Assembly (NCBI GenBank): GCA_963824415.1
Contig: CAWGPM010000016.1
Coordinates: 4,018 to 68,017, forward strand
DNA length: 64,000 nt
Source of the DNA: an uncultured delta proteobacterium
GTDB lineage: Bacteria; Desulfobacterota; Desulfobulbia; Desulfobulbales; Desulfocapsaceae
Direction of reading: 5' to 3'
The translations under genes and the position numbers were made by a program. Shown here piece after piece: positions 1 through 9,224 of the stretch; positions within the stretch are counted from its first letter, which is position 1; every line of letters starts with the position of its first letter. Below the pieces are notes generated by a model. The model was not told the DNA's origin, ran no database searches, and worked only from the letters and a program-made list of their open reading frames with translations.

Positions 1-525
1 TTGCAGGAGGCCATGCGCCAGTACGACGGCACCATCGTCGTGGTCTCGCACAACCGCTATTTTCTGGATTGTTTCGTCACCAAGGTGCTGCAGATCAAAG
101 ATGGCCAGGCGCTATTGTTTGAGGGGACCGTGTCCGAATATGTCGAGCGTCAGCAGGACTCGGGCGAGGCAAGCGTCAGTGAGCAAGGTGTCGGCAATGG
201 CGATCGGTCAAATTCAGCCACTTCGCAGGACAGCAAAAAAGATAAGCGCCGCCGGGAGGCGCAGAGGCGGCAGAAACGTCAGCAGATTGCCGGACCCTGG
301 CTGAAGAAGCTGGCCGAAGCGGAACGCAAAGTCGAAGAACTGGAATCGGCCAAGGACGAACTCGAGGCTGAACTGGCCGACCCGCAGCTCTACCAGAACC
401 AGGCAGCCTGGGGTAAGGTCAGCCGGAATTATAATGATTGCAAGCGCCGGCTCGATCGCTGGCTGGGGTGCTGGGAGGAGGCCCAGGCCAGGATCGATCA
501 GATCGACCAGGAAGAGGATTACTGA
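1..525 (+). CDS. ABC-F family ATP-binding protein, C-terminal fragment (gene begins upstream of the window)
   Basis: ORF is open at base 1. TIVVVSHNRYFLD (H-loop region of an ABC domain) is followed by a Lys/Arg/Glu-rich coiled-coil tail typical of Uup/YheS-type ABC-F proteins. Confidence 0.8.
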   Translation: MQEAMRQYDGTIVVVSHNRYFLDCFVTKVLQIKDGQALLFEGTVSEYVERQQDSGEASVSEQGVGNGDRSNSATSQDSKKDKRRREAQRRQKRQQIAGPWLKKLAEAERKVEELESAKDELEAELADPQLYQNQAAWGKVSRNYNDCKRRLDRWLGCWEEAQARIDQIDQEEDY

Positions 526-620
526 AATCTGTCAGGTGCATTGCCGTTAAATCATACGATAATTGACATATACACGTCAGTGGTTTACAACAAAATAAAA
601 AATTTTCTGGGAGCGAGCGC

Positions 621-1319
621 ATGAAAAAATGGGAATGTACCATATGTGGCTATATTCATGAGGGAGATCAACCCCCTGAGGTCTGTCCGGTCTGTGGCGC
701 CGGTCCCGAATATTTCAAGGAGATTATCGAAAAGGCGGAGGAAACGGTAACTGAAGCCGCTCTGCAGCCTGAAGGTGAGGCGCAGGACAAGGCTCAACCG
801 GAAGCTGCCGCCTCACCAGGTGCTGCAGCCGGACCGGCGCCTGAAACAGCAGCAGTAGGCAGCCAGCCGGCCGCAGCACAGCCGAGTGGTATAACCGCCC
901 TGATAATGAACCTGCACCTGCATCCGATAACGGTGCATACGCCTAACGGGGTGATACCGCTGGCCATCGTTTTCCTGGCTCTGGCGCTGGTGCTTGGGTT
1001 CAGCGACCTTGAAAAGGCTGCTTTCTACAGCCTGGTATTTGTGCTGCTGACCATGCCGGCGGTTATTTACACCGGCTATGTCGAGTGGCAGAACCGCTAC
1101 AGGGGCGCAAAAACGAAAATATTCGGCGTTAAGATCGGCGCTTCGATCGTAGTCCTTGTTACGCTTATAGCCATGGTGGTCTGGCGTCTGATCGATCCGG
1201 AAGTGGCCATGTCGGCGGGTCGCTGGACCTATCTGGGGATCGGCTTGGTCTCGGTGGCCGCCGCCGGACTGGCCGGGCATATGGGCGGCAAACTCGTTTT
1301 CGGCAGCCGGGGGCACTGA
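621..1319 (+). CDS. rubredoxin-type zinc-ribbon domain fused to a DUF2231-like multi-TM membrane domain
   Basis: N-terminus WECTICGYIH..PPEVCPVCG has two CxxC pairs. An Ala/Pro-rich linker follows, then a hydrophobic C-terminal half (LHLHPITVHTPNG). GGGAG lies 7 nt upstream of the ATG. Confidence 0.7.
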   Translation: MKKWECTICGYIHEGDQPPEVCPVCGAGPEYFKEIIEKAEETVTEAALQPEGEAQDKAQPEAAASPGAAAGPAPETAAVGSQPAAAQPSGITALIMNLHLHPITVHTPNGVIPLAIVFLALALVLGFSDLEKAAFYSLVFVLLTMPAVIYTGYVEWQNRYRGAKTKIFGVKIGASIVVLVTLIAMVVWRLIDPEVAMSAGRWTYLGIGLVSVAAAGLAGHMGGKLVFGSRGH

Positions 1320-1407
1320 CAGGCCGCTCTATCATTTTTTTTCTCAATGCAACGGTCGGGTTTCCAGGGCGGGGAGTCGGCCGTTTCTTTTTCCGGCTGG
1401 CTGAACA

Positions 1408-1445
1408 AACCTGAATATTTTCTGTTTTTCCATGAAATATTCAGC
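1408..1445 (+). repeat. internally deleted 38-bp copy of the family-2 TIR element
   Basis: aaCCTGAATATTTTCTGtttttcCATGAAATATTCAG: the left-TIR-like arm is joined directly to the right end. The 21-mer gtttttccatgaaatattcag is identical to the right ends at 34345..34365 and 37965..37985. Confidence 0.55.
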
Positions 1446-2838
1446 CAATCATTGCAACGAACATATCTCAATGGAAAAGAGAAACATCGAAATTAACCGT
1501 CGGGGGCGGCTGATAGCGCCAGGGGTTGGCGGCCAGGGCCCGGTGATCTACTGGATGTCGCGGGACCAGCGGGTCGACGACAACTGGGCACTGCTCTGGG
1601 CTCAACAGGAGGCCTTGGTGCATGGCAGAGCTCTTATGGTGGTTTTTTGTCTGGTTCCTGACTATCCGGGCGCCAACCTGCGGCACTATGGGTTTATGCT
1701 CAGGCCGCTCAAGCAGCTGCAGGAGCGTTTACATGCGCATCGAATAGCTTTCTTGATGCTCGAAGGTGATCCGGTCGAGCGGCTTGCCGCCTTTGTCAAA
1801 GAGCAGGATGCACGCAGTCTGGTCTACGATTTCGACCCACTCAAAATAAAGCGGCGGTGGCAGCGGCAGCTGGTTGAGAAAATCAACATTCCGCTTTACG
1901 AGGTTGATGCCCACAACATTATTCCCGTCTGGGTCACATCAGAAAAGAAAGAATATGCGGCCTATACCATCCGTCCAAAGATAACCCGGCTGCTCGAGGA
2001 GTATCTGAGCGACTTTCCAGCGCTGCAAAAGCATCCGTATCCTTGCCCAAGCATACCTGCCGAGATCGATTGCAAACACTTGCTCGAGACGGTTTCAGAT
2101 AAATCGGTCAGTGAGGTATCCTGGCTCAGTCCCGGCGAGGAGGCGGCCCAGGAAGCGGCCGCTGCGTTTATAGAGCGGCGCCTGGGGAGCTATGATGAGC
2201 AGCGCAATAACCCCTGTCTTGACGGACAGTCCGGGCTCTCCCCGTATCTGCATTTCGGCCAGCTCTCAGCCCAGCGGGTGGCGCTGATGGCACGCGGCTC
2301 GAACTGGGCGGCTGAACAGCAGGCGGCCTTTATCGAAGAGCTGGTTGTCAGGCGGGAGCTGGCGGATAACTTCTGCTACTATGAAAAAGACTACGATCGC
2401 TTCAACGGCTTTCCAGCCTGGGCGCAGAAGAGCCTCAATGAACACCGGGCAGATAAACGCACGTATTGTTATACGCTGGCTGAGCTGGAAGCGGGTGCCA
2501 CCCATGAACCGCTCTGGAATGCGTGTCAGCAAGACCTGGTGCAATCCGGCAAGCTGCATGGCTACCTGCGCATGTATTGGGCCAAGAAGATACTGGAGTG
2601 GACCAGTGAACCGGAGCAGGCACTTGACTATGCTGTCCTGCTCAACGACCGTTATTCACTCGACGGTCGAGACCCAAACGGCTATACCGGCATCGCCTGG
2701 TCCATTGGCGGGGTGCATGACCGGGCCTGGCCGGAGCGGGCGATTTTTGGCAAGATCCGTTACATGAATGCCAACGGCTGCCGCAGGAAGTTCGATGTGA
2801 ACCGCTATATCAGTGAGGTGAATGATAAGCGGGATTGA
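1432..2838 (+). CDS. phr: deoxyribodipyrimidine photolyase, class II
   Basis: GPVIYWMSRDQRVDDNWALLWA N-terminal signature. FAD-binding C-terminal domain (HGYLRMYWAKKILEW, DPNGYTGIAWSIGGVHDRAW). Alternative start is ATG 1471 (MEKRN); the 1432 ATG lies inside the repeat remnant. Confidence 0.9.
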   Translation: MKYSANHCNEHISMEKRNIEINRRGRLIAPGVGGQGPVIYWMSRDQRVDDNWALLWAQQEALVHGRALMVVFCLVPDYPGANLRHYGFMLRPLKQLQERLHAHRIAFLMLEGDPVERLAAFVKEQDARSLVYDFDPLKIKRRWQRQLVEKINIPLYEVDAHNIIPVWVTSEKKEYAAYTIRPKITRLLEEYLSDFPALQKHPYPCPSIPAEIDCKHLLETVSDKSVSEVSWLSPGEEAAQEAAAAFIERRLGSYDEQRNNPCLDGQSGLSPYLHFGQLSAQRVALMARGSNWAAEQQAAFIEELVVRRELADNFCYYEKDYDRFNGFPAWAQKSLNEHRADKRTYCYTLAELEAGATHEPLWNACQQDLVQSGKLHGYLRMYWAKKILEWTSEPEQALDYAVLLNDRYSLDGRDPNGYTGIAWSIGGVHDRAWPERAIFGKIRYMNANGCRRKFDVNRYISEVNDKRD

Positions 2839-2933
2839 TCCGGATACGGGCCAGGCCGTGAACCTGGGCCAGGATATTTCCGGACCGCCGTTAGATTGAG
2901 TTCAGGCATCTAAAAGCAGTGAGTGATGTGTGA

Positions 2934-2978
2934 AAATAAAAAAAGGGCTGCCGGATTTGATTCCGGCAGCCCTTTTAA
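2934..2978. terminator. bidirectional intrinsic terminator between photolyase (+) and cspA (-)
   Basis: Perfect 11-bp stem gggctgccgga (2945..2955) / tccggcagccc (2962..2972) with a 6-nt loop. It is flanked by an A-run upstream and tttt downstream. Confidence 0.8.
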
Positions 2979-3005
2979 CGTGCTAGAAAAACGTGCTGCA
3001 AATAA

Positions 3006-3206
3006 TTACAGCTCAACGACGTTGGCTGCAGCCGGTCCTTTGGGGCCGTCTACCACATCGAATTTGACTCTGCCGCCTTCCTGCAGGGTTTTGAAACCGT
3101 CTGCCTGAATTGCTGAGTGATGTACAAATACATCCTGAGCGCCATCCTGGGCGATGAAACCAAAACCTTTCGCGTCGTTAAACCACTTTACTGTTCCTTC
3201 TGACAT
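3006..3206 (-). CDS. cspA: cold-shock protein, CspA family
   Basis: 66 aa. [15 protein letters not shown] (RNP1) and VFVHHSAI (RNP2) motifs. Confidence 0.95.
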   Translation of the reverse strand: MSEGTVKWFNDAKGFGFIAQDGAQDVFVHHSAIQADGFKTLQEGGRVKFDVVDGPKGPAAANVVEL

Positions 3207-3365
3207 GAGTACTTCTCCTTCTAATCTGGTTCTCTACGAACCACTTGTAATTTGGATTCCCCTCAAGGGGTACCCATTAAGGTCCCGCAACTTCTGCGTT
3301 TGGACCATGCTTCATCAACCCCCCAAACAGGGAGTCAAAATCAATATTTTTTAGCGCACCACCGA

Positions 3366-3629
3366 CTACCTTCTGCGTTTGCCTTTCTTTTTGGGTTTGG
3401 CCTCGTTGCAGACCAGCTCTCTGCTTTTATAGGTCATTTTGTTCAGCGACTCCATGGCCTGCTGTCCGCCTGAACGGGACGACATCTCAACAAAAGCAAA
3501 GCCTTTGGATTGACCCGTGTAGGTGTCTTTTATCAGGTTTGTATTGACGACTTCGCCGTATCCGGCAAACAATTCCATGAGTTCCGACTCTGATATATTA
3601 TAGGGCAGATTGCCGATAAAGAGCTTCAT
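3366..3629 (-). CDS. RRM-type RNA-binding protein (glycine-poor, basic tail)
   Basis: MKLFIGNLPYN (RNP2) and KGFAFVEM (RNP1), with a C-terminal KPKKKGKRRR. Start chosen at ATG 3629, preceded by GGGAGA; the track ORF extends to 3659. Confidence 0.9.
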   Translation of the reverse strand: MKLFIGNLPYNISESELMELFAGYGEVVNTNLIKDTYTGQSKGFAFVEMSSRSGGQQAMESLNKMTYKSRELVCNEAKPKKKGKRRR

Positions 3630-3899
3630 CCCGCTTCTCCCGAAGGCTATGACCAGCAAGAATCTCTATGGGCAACTGAAATGAATGATTTCTACAAGAC
3701 AGGAGGTGAGCGACGCTGTGCGTGATCTAATTTACGATAATATTCTATTGTTAGGCATAAGCAGACAAGATCATAAACCCTTTTCAGGGAAATACAAGGA
3801 ATTATTTTCAAATACGACTGAAATAATCTGTCGTCTCTTATTTATCTGCAGATATCGGATGCAATACCAGTAATCGGCATGGCAACGATTGCCGGCCGC

Positions 3900-4958
3900 T
3901 TACGCAGGCTGGACCGTATACTGCAGCAACACATAGACAAAATAAATGGACAGCAGCCAGATGCCCTGCCCCCTGCTGAAATAGCCCGATTTGTTGGTTG
4001 AAATGAAGAGCCTGAAAGAGAACAGGATCAGCAGCATGGCCGGAAAATGGAAAAAATAGAAATTTTTTGGAATCTGCAGCGGGACTGCCGCCGCGGCTGC
4101 GCCGATGACGAACAGGCAGTTGAGTACGTCGGCTCCGACGATATTGCCCACGGTGATCTCCGGATGACCCTTGCGAATGGCGGAAATTGCGGTGATCAAT
4201 TCCGGCAGTGAGGTTCCGAAGGCGACCATGGTGGCGGCGATCACGTCGTCCGGCACGCCGATCCGTACGGCGATTTCCGAGGCCCCTGGTACCAGCAGCC
4301 GGGCCCCGATAATGACCAGCACCAGCCCACCGATCAGCATAACCCAGGAAATCGCCAGACCCCGCCGCTCCGGAACTTCGATATCGGCCAATGGGGACGC
4401 CCCTCCGCGCTGTTCCCTGGCCCAGTAATAGGTGAGATATAGATATCCCACAAGCAGCGTCAGAAAGAAAAAGCCGACCCAGCGCTGCAGTACCGGCTCC
4501 TCGCCAGGGGCGCGGGTGAGAAGAGCCAGCAGGGCCAGCCCCACCAGCAGTACCGCCGCGCCGACCTGAATCCAGCCGGTCCGGTTGAGAATGTAGCGGT
4601 TTACCGGCATTGCCGCCAGGATGCAGGACAGCCCGAAGATGAGCCCGGTATCGGCTATGATCGAGCCCACGCCGTTGCCCAGCGCCAGTCCGGGATTTCC
4701 CATAAAAGCGGCCATCACCGAAACGAAGGCTTCGGGAAGGGTGGTGCCCAGAGATATCACCGTGGCGCCGATCACGATCTTCGGCAGGCCGGTCCGGGTG
4801 GCAAGCGCAACTGCGCCGTCGACCAGCCAGTCGGCACCTTTGGAGAGGATTGCAATGGAAACAACAACGATGGCCAGCAACACCCACATGTTACTCTGGG
4901 CCATATAGCCGTGCAGCACCGCTTCGTCGCCGATTATCTGCAGCAGATTATGTTCCAT
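3900..4958 (-). CDS. Ca2+/Na+ antiporter (CaCA / YrbG-like)
   Basis: 352 aa, about 10 TM. Duplicated alpha-repeat motifs GATVISLGTTLPE and MVAFGTSLPEL. Confidence 0.85.
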   Translation of the reverse strand: MEHNLLQIIGDEAVLHGYMAQSNMWVLLAIVVVSIAILSKGADWLVDGAVALATRTGLPKIVIGATVISLGTTLPEAFVSVMAAFMGNPGLALGNGVGSIIADTGLIFGLSCILAAMPVNRYILNRTGWIQVGAAVLLVGLALLALLTRAPGEEPVLQRWVGFFFLTLLVGYLYLTYYWAREQRGGASPLADIEVPERRGLAISWVMLIGGLVLVIIGARLLVPGASEIAVRIGVPDDVIAATMVAFGTSLPELITAISAIRKGHPEITVGNIVGADVLNCLFVIGAAAAAVPLQIPKNFYFFHFPAMLLILFSFRLFISTNKSGYFSRGQGIWLLSIYFVYVLLQYTVQPA

Positions 4959-5161
4959 AAAAAACTGAAATAATATTAAAAATAATGTGAGATTGGGTTG
5001 CTATCGGCCCAGTGGCTCGGCTTCGGATGGTCAGAGCCGTTCACCTGAAGGCGCCCGGCTAAGCGTCGTGCAAATGTATTGGATCGTTGGTGGTAATGCA
5101 ATGACTTTAGGCACTCGTTGCAATAACGCCAGAAGATTAACAGATGGCAGACGCGATCTTT

Positions 5162-5734
5162 TCAGCGATCGTGCCGGTGGAACTCTTTCTTTCTCAGCAG
5201 TGCGGTCTTGCTGAAAAGCACCCGGGGGCCTGATTCCCTGCTCAGGCCGGCTTGTCGGGCGGTGTCCAGGGTGTGCTCGAAGGCGCTGCTGGAAACATGA
5301 AATGGGGGCTCAACCACCAGGATGCTGCCGCCCGGTTTGAGGATCGATCCAAGCTCTTCGAAGAGGCCGGTTTTATCAGGTATTTCATGTACCATATAGA
5401 AGGCCAGGATGAAATCAACCGGTTCCGTTACCCCGATCTTATCCGCTTCGCAGCGGTGCAGGCGGATTCTTTTTTGCAGTTCGGTTCCGTGGATTTTGCT
5501 CTGCAGTTTTTTGAGCATACCCTCCTGCAGGTCGCAGGCGATCACCTGGCCGGATTCACCGACCATCAAGGCCATATCCAGAGTGCAAAAACCGGGACCG
5601 CAGCCGAGATCCATTACAGTCATGCCAGGCGCGATAAAGGGCCGCAGGATTTTGCCGGGGTTCTGGAGCAGTCTGCGCAGTCGATTGTCCAGACTTCCAG
5701 CCCGTTCAACCGGGCAGACGCGATTGTTCTGCAT
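5162..5734 (-). CDS. class I SAM-dependent methyltransferase (small-molecule type)
   Basis: VMDLGCGPGFCT motif I, ~190 aa. Start ATG 5734 is preceded by GAGGAG; the track ORF extends to 5815. Confidence 0.8.
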   Translation of the reverse strand: MQNNRVCPVERAGSLDNRLRRLLQNPGKILRPFIAPGMTVMDLGCGPGFCTLDMALMVGESGQVIACDLQEGMLKKLQSKIHGTELQKRIRLHRCEADKIGVTEPVDFILAFYMVHEIPDKTGLFEELGSILKPGGSILVVEPPFHVSSSAFEHTLDTARQAGLSRESGPRVLFSKTALLRKKEFHRHDR

Positions 5735-6028
5735 GGCTTTATCTCCTCGGCAGTGCTCTGTGAAAAAGCCTGCCGCGTGTTGAGGGTCTGTACAAATTCC
5801 GGAAGAAAAGATCATGCTGTCATACCTGCATTATATCGGCAAACAGCCTCGGCGGCAAAGTATCTGTCGGGCTCTGCTGCGACTTGTTATTAGAGCAATT
5901 TTATGGCCATACACCCTTGTCAGGAAGCTGATAATAGGTGTATTGTCTGGATCGTGAACACAGATCGCCACCACTGGCTGCGCTGATACCGCAGAAGTGC
6001 AAAAATCTTGAACAAGCGGGGAACAGCT

Positions 6029-7312
6029 ATGGAGCAGCACGACAACCGAAAGATCAACTGCCCGAAATGCGGCGAGGAAATCGATGTCCAGGACATCCTT
6101 TATCACCAGGTCGATGAGGAGCTGAAAAAGCGCTATCGCGAAGAGCTGAGCAAACATGAGGAAAAATTCAAAACCCAGGCGCAGGAACTCGAGCAGCAGC
6201 GGCTGAAACTGGAGGATCAGAAAGATAAACAGGACCAGGAGATTGCCGATAAAATCCGCCACGGCCTCAAATTAAAAGAGCAGGAGCTGGCCCAAAAAAT
6301 CAAGGCGGCAGCCGAGGAAGAGCAGTCTGCTGCGCTCAAGATGCTGCGTGATGAGTTGGAGGAGAAATCTGGCAAGCTCAAAGAGCTGCACAAAACCGCT
6401 GCAGAACTGGAACGGCTCAAGCGGGAAAAAGATGAGCTGGAGACCGCCATCCGGGCTGAGTCGGCCCGGGATTACAATCAAAGGCTGGCGGCGGAGCGGG
6501 AGAAGATCCAGAAGGAAGAGGGCGACAAGCAGGAACTCAAACTCAGGGAACTGGAAAAGCAGCTGGCCGATCAGAAAAAACTCACCGAGGAGATGAAGCG
6601 CAAGCAGGAGCAGGGCTCTATGCAGACCCAGGGGGAGGTCCTGGAACTGGCCATCGAGCAGTGGCTGGCCGAAAAGTTTCCACTCGATGTTATCGAAGAG
6701 ATCAAAAAGGGGGAGCGTGGCGCGGATTGTCTGCAGATCGTCAATACGCGCAGCCGCAGCAATTGCGGTTCGATCTATTATGAGAGCAAGAGAACCAAGC
6801 ATTTTCAGCCTAACTGGATCGAGAAATTCAAAGCCGATATCAGGGAAAAAAATGCCGATATCGGGGTTCTGGTTACCGAGGTGATGCCGCCGGGCATGGA
6901 CCGGCTCGGCCTCAAGGAAGGCATCTGGATATGTACCTATGAGGAATTCAAAGGGCTCTGCACGGTTCTGCGCGAGTCGATCATTCGGCTCAGCAGTGCG
7001 ATCATTATCCAGGAGAACAAGGGCGACAAAATGGGCATGCTCTACGATTACCTGACCAGCAATGAGTTCAGGCTGCAGATCGAGGCCATCGTCGAGGGCT
7101 TCATCCAGATGCGGGCCGATCTGCTCTCTGAACAGCGATCCATGAGGAGCATCTGGAAAAAACGGGAGAAGCAGATTGACAAGGTGCTGCTTAACACCAC
7201 TGATATGTACGGTTCGATCAAGGGGATCGCCGGCAATGCAATCCAGGCTGTCTCTTTGCTGGAGTTGCCTGTCGGCGAGGAAGATGATGAAGGTGATAAA
7301 GATGATGAATAA
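6029..7312 (+). CDS. DUF2130-like protein: CxxC N-terminus, long coiled coil, PD-(D/E)xK-like C-terminal domain
   Basis: INCPKCGEEI, then ~200 aa of Glu/Lys/Leu heptad-like sequence, then GERGADCLQIV...IYYESKRTK (D...ExK pattern) and an acidic tail. Start ATG 6029 follows GGGGA. Confidence 0.7.
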   Translation: MEQHDNRKINCPKCGEEIDVQDILYHQVDEELKKRYREELSKHEEKFKTQAQELEQQRLKLEDQKDKQDQEIADKIRHGLKLKEQELAQKIKAAAEEEQSAALKMLRDELEEKSGKLKELHKTAAELERLKREKDELETAIRAESARDYNQRLAAEREKIQKEEGDKQELKLRELEKQLADQKKLTEEMKRKQEQGSMQTQGEVLELAIEQWLAEKFPLDVIEEIKKGERGADCLQIVNTRSRSNCGSIYYESKRTKHFQPNWIEKFKADIREKNADIGVLVTEVMPPGMDRLGLKEGIWICTYEEFKGLCTVLRESIIRLSSAIIIQENKGDKMGMLYDYLTSNEFRLQIEAIVEGFIQMRADLLSEQRSMRSIWKKREKQIDKVLLNTTDMYGSIKGIAGNAIQAVSLLELPVGEEDDEGDKDDE

Positions 7313-7385
7313 TGGTGGATCGGTTCTCTGAAACGCGGGACTGAATCCTCAAGCCGATTTCCGTTAATTGAAGGGAGAAAAAGCT

Positions 7386-8879
7386 ATGAAACGATATATT
7401 CTTGCCATCGATCAGGGCACCACCTCGAGCCGGGCGATTGTCTTTGATGAGAAGCTTGAGGCGATGGCTGTCGCCCAGCAGGAATTCAACCAGATATTTC
7501 CGCAGTCGGGCTGGGTCGAGCATAATCCGGACGAGATCTGGACCTCGACGCTTGATACCTGCCGGGCTGCAGTCGAGAAGGCCGGTATCAAGTCCGGTGA
7601 AATAGCTGGAATCGGCATCACCAACCAGCGGGAGACCACTATTGTCTGGGACAGGAAGACGGGCCGTGCCGTGCATAACGCAATTGTCTGGCAGGACCGC
7701 AGAACCTCGGACTATTGCGAGCAACTGCGGGCTCAGGGGCACAACGATACGGTTACCGCCAAAACCGGCTTGCTGATCGACCCCTATTTTTCCGCCACCA
7801 AAATTCGCTGGATTCTCGAACATCAGAAGGGGCTGAGGCAGCGGGCCGAAGCAGGGGAGCTTGCTTTTGGCACGGTCGACAGCTTTTTATTGTGGAAACT
7901 GACCGGCGGAGCAGTGCATGCAACCGATGCAACCAACGCGGCGCGGACCATGCTTTTCAATATCCATGAGCACCGTTGGGACAATGAACTTCTTGATCTG
8001 CTCGATATTCCGGCAGCGCTGCTGCCCGAGGTGCATGACTGTTCAGCGCTGTTTGGCACCACTGACCCGGAGATCCTCGGAGAGCCGATCGAAATCTGCG
8101 GTGTTGCCGGCGATCAGCAGGCGGCGTTGGTCGGGCAGGGCTGCTTCGAACCGGGTATGCTCAAATCGACCTACGGCACCGGCTGCTTTGCGGTTCTAAA
8201 TACCGGGGATCAGGCGGTCCGCTCGAAAAACCGTCTGCTGACGACAATCGGGTACCGGCTTGACGGCGTAACCACCTACGCCCTGGAGGGCTCGATCTTT
8301 GTGGCCGGTGCAGCGGTACAGTGGATGCGCGATGCTATGGGCTTGATCGATCAGGCCTCTGCCTCCGGCGAGCTGGCCCGCTCGGCGGACCCGAATCAGG
8401 ATGTCTATCTGGTGCCTGCCTTCACCGGGCTTGGCGCGCCGCACTGGGATGCCGAGGCGCGGGGCGCTATTTTCGGGATCACCCGGGGCACCGGCCCGGC
8501 CGAGCTGTCCAGGGCGGCGCTGGAATCGGTCTGCTATCAGACCCGGGACCTGCTCGAAGCCATGCGGGACGACTGGAAGCAGGACAATCCGCCGGTTCTC
8601 AGGGTGGACGGCGGCATGGTCGCCTCAGATTTCACCATGCAGTTCCTGGCCGATATCCTCGATGCCCCCGTAGACCGTCCGGTGACGCTGGAGACCACGG
8701 CCGTCGGGGCGGCCTATCTGGCAGGTCTGCAACAGAACATCTACCCGCCGCCGCAGGAGTTCGCCGCGTTGTGGAAGCGCGACCGGCGCTTTCTGCCAAA
8801 CCTCGATGAGGAGGTTCGCCAGCGTAAATACCTGGGTTGGAAAAACGCAGTGCGAAGAACCCTGTCGACCTGCTGCTGA
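7386..8879 (+). CDS. glpK: glycerol kinase
   Basis: [30 protein letters not shown] and [15 protein letters not shown] are FGGY kinase/GlpK signatures. AAGGGAG lies upstream of ATG 7386. Confidence 0.95.
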   Translation: MKRYILAIDQGTTSSRAIVFDEKLEAMAVAQQEFNQIFPQSGWVEHNPDEIWTSTLDTCRAAVEKAGIKSGEIAGIGITNQRETTIVWDRKTGRAVHNAIVWQDRRTSDYCEQLRAQGHNDTVTAKTGLLIDPYFSATKIRWILEHQKGLRQRAEAGELAFGTVDSFLLWKLTGGAVHATDATNAARTMLFNIHEHRWDNELLDLLDIPAALLPEVHDCSALFGTTDPEILGEPIEICGVAGDQQAALVGQGCFEPGMLKSTYGTGCFAVLNTGDQAVRSKNRLLTTIGYRLDGVTTYALEGSIFVAGAAVQWMRDAMGLIDQASASGELARSADPNQDVYLVPAFTGLGAPHWDAEARGAIFGITRGTGPAELSRAALESVCYQTRDLLEAMRDDWKQDNPPVLRVDGGMVASDFTMQFLADILDAPVDRPVTLETTAVGAAYLAGLQQNIYPPPQEFAALWKRDRRFLPNLDEEVRQRKYLGWKNAVRRTLSTCC

Positions 8880-9017
8880 TCCAGGTTCAAATAAAGCTCA
8901 GGATATGTCATCAACGGCCAAGTTTTTGACGTATCCTGACAAACAATCCCTTGCGGGATCAGGTATAATTATTTCAAAGGATTATTTAAATCACTTGCAA
9001 GGGGAGTACGCTGAGAC

Positions 9018-9170
9018 ATGGTGAAAAGCATCGAAGGAATCTTCAAGGTCGACAAAAAAGAAAGAGATGACTGGCGGGAACAATATCAGAAAACCGAACG
9101 TCGGGGCTGGATCAAGAGAAAAACGAGAAAGCACAGCGGCGCAGCAGCCGATTCGCGGGCGACGCGCTGA
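9018..9170 (+). CDS. small basic hypothetical protein (50 aa)
   Basis: ORF is below the track cutoff, read from sequence: MVKSIEGIFKVDKKERDDWREQYQKTERRGWIKRKTRKHSGAAADSRATR. GGGGAG lies ~11 nt upstream. No homology argument. Confidence 0.3.
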   Translation: MVKSIEGIFKVDKKERDDWREQYQKTERRGWIKRKTRKHSGAAADSRATR

Positions 9171-9224
9171 GCCTGTTTCTTGATCCCTTTCTTATTCAGG
9201 AAGTAATAAATCCCACGGCGTCGA

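Noticed and set aside
3838-4887. Long alternative-frame or antisense ORFs. Examples: 3838..4887, 5252..5893, 7218..7823, 19949..20773, 29064..29849, 30035..30862, 33523..34098, 45861..46622, 53432..54067, 58348..59079, 59979..61097, 61293..61901.
   Set aside because: Each lies entirely within, and out of frame with or opposite to, a gene that has clear family motifs. The translations are Arg/Gly/Pro/His-rich low-complexity sequence typical of shadow ORFs in GC-rich DNA.
5162-7312. Methyltransferase divergent from the nuclease-like DUF2130 gene, considered as a possible restriction-modification pair.
   Set aside because: The methyltransferase is ~190 aa with only a generic class I SAM fold. 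I see no DNA-methyltransferase motifs (no DPPY/NPPY or PCQ/ENV). The arrangement is divergent, not operonic.
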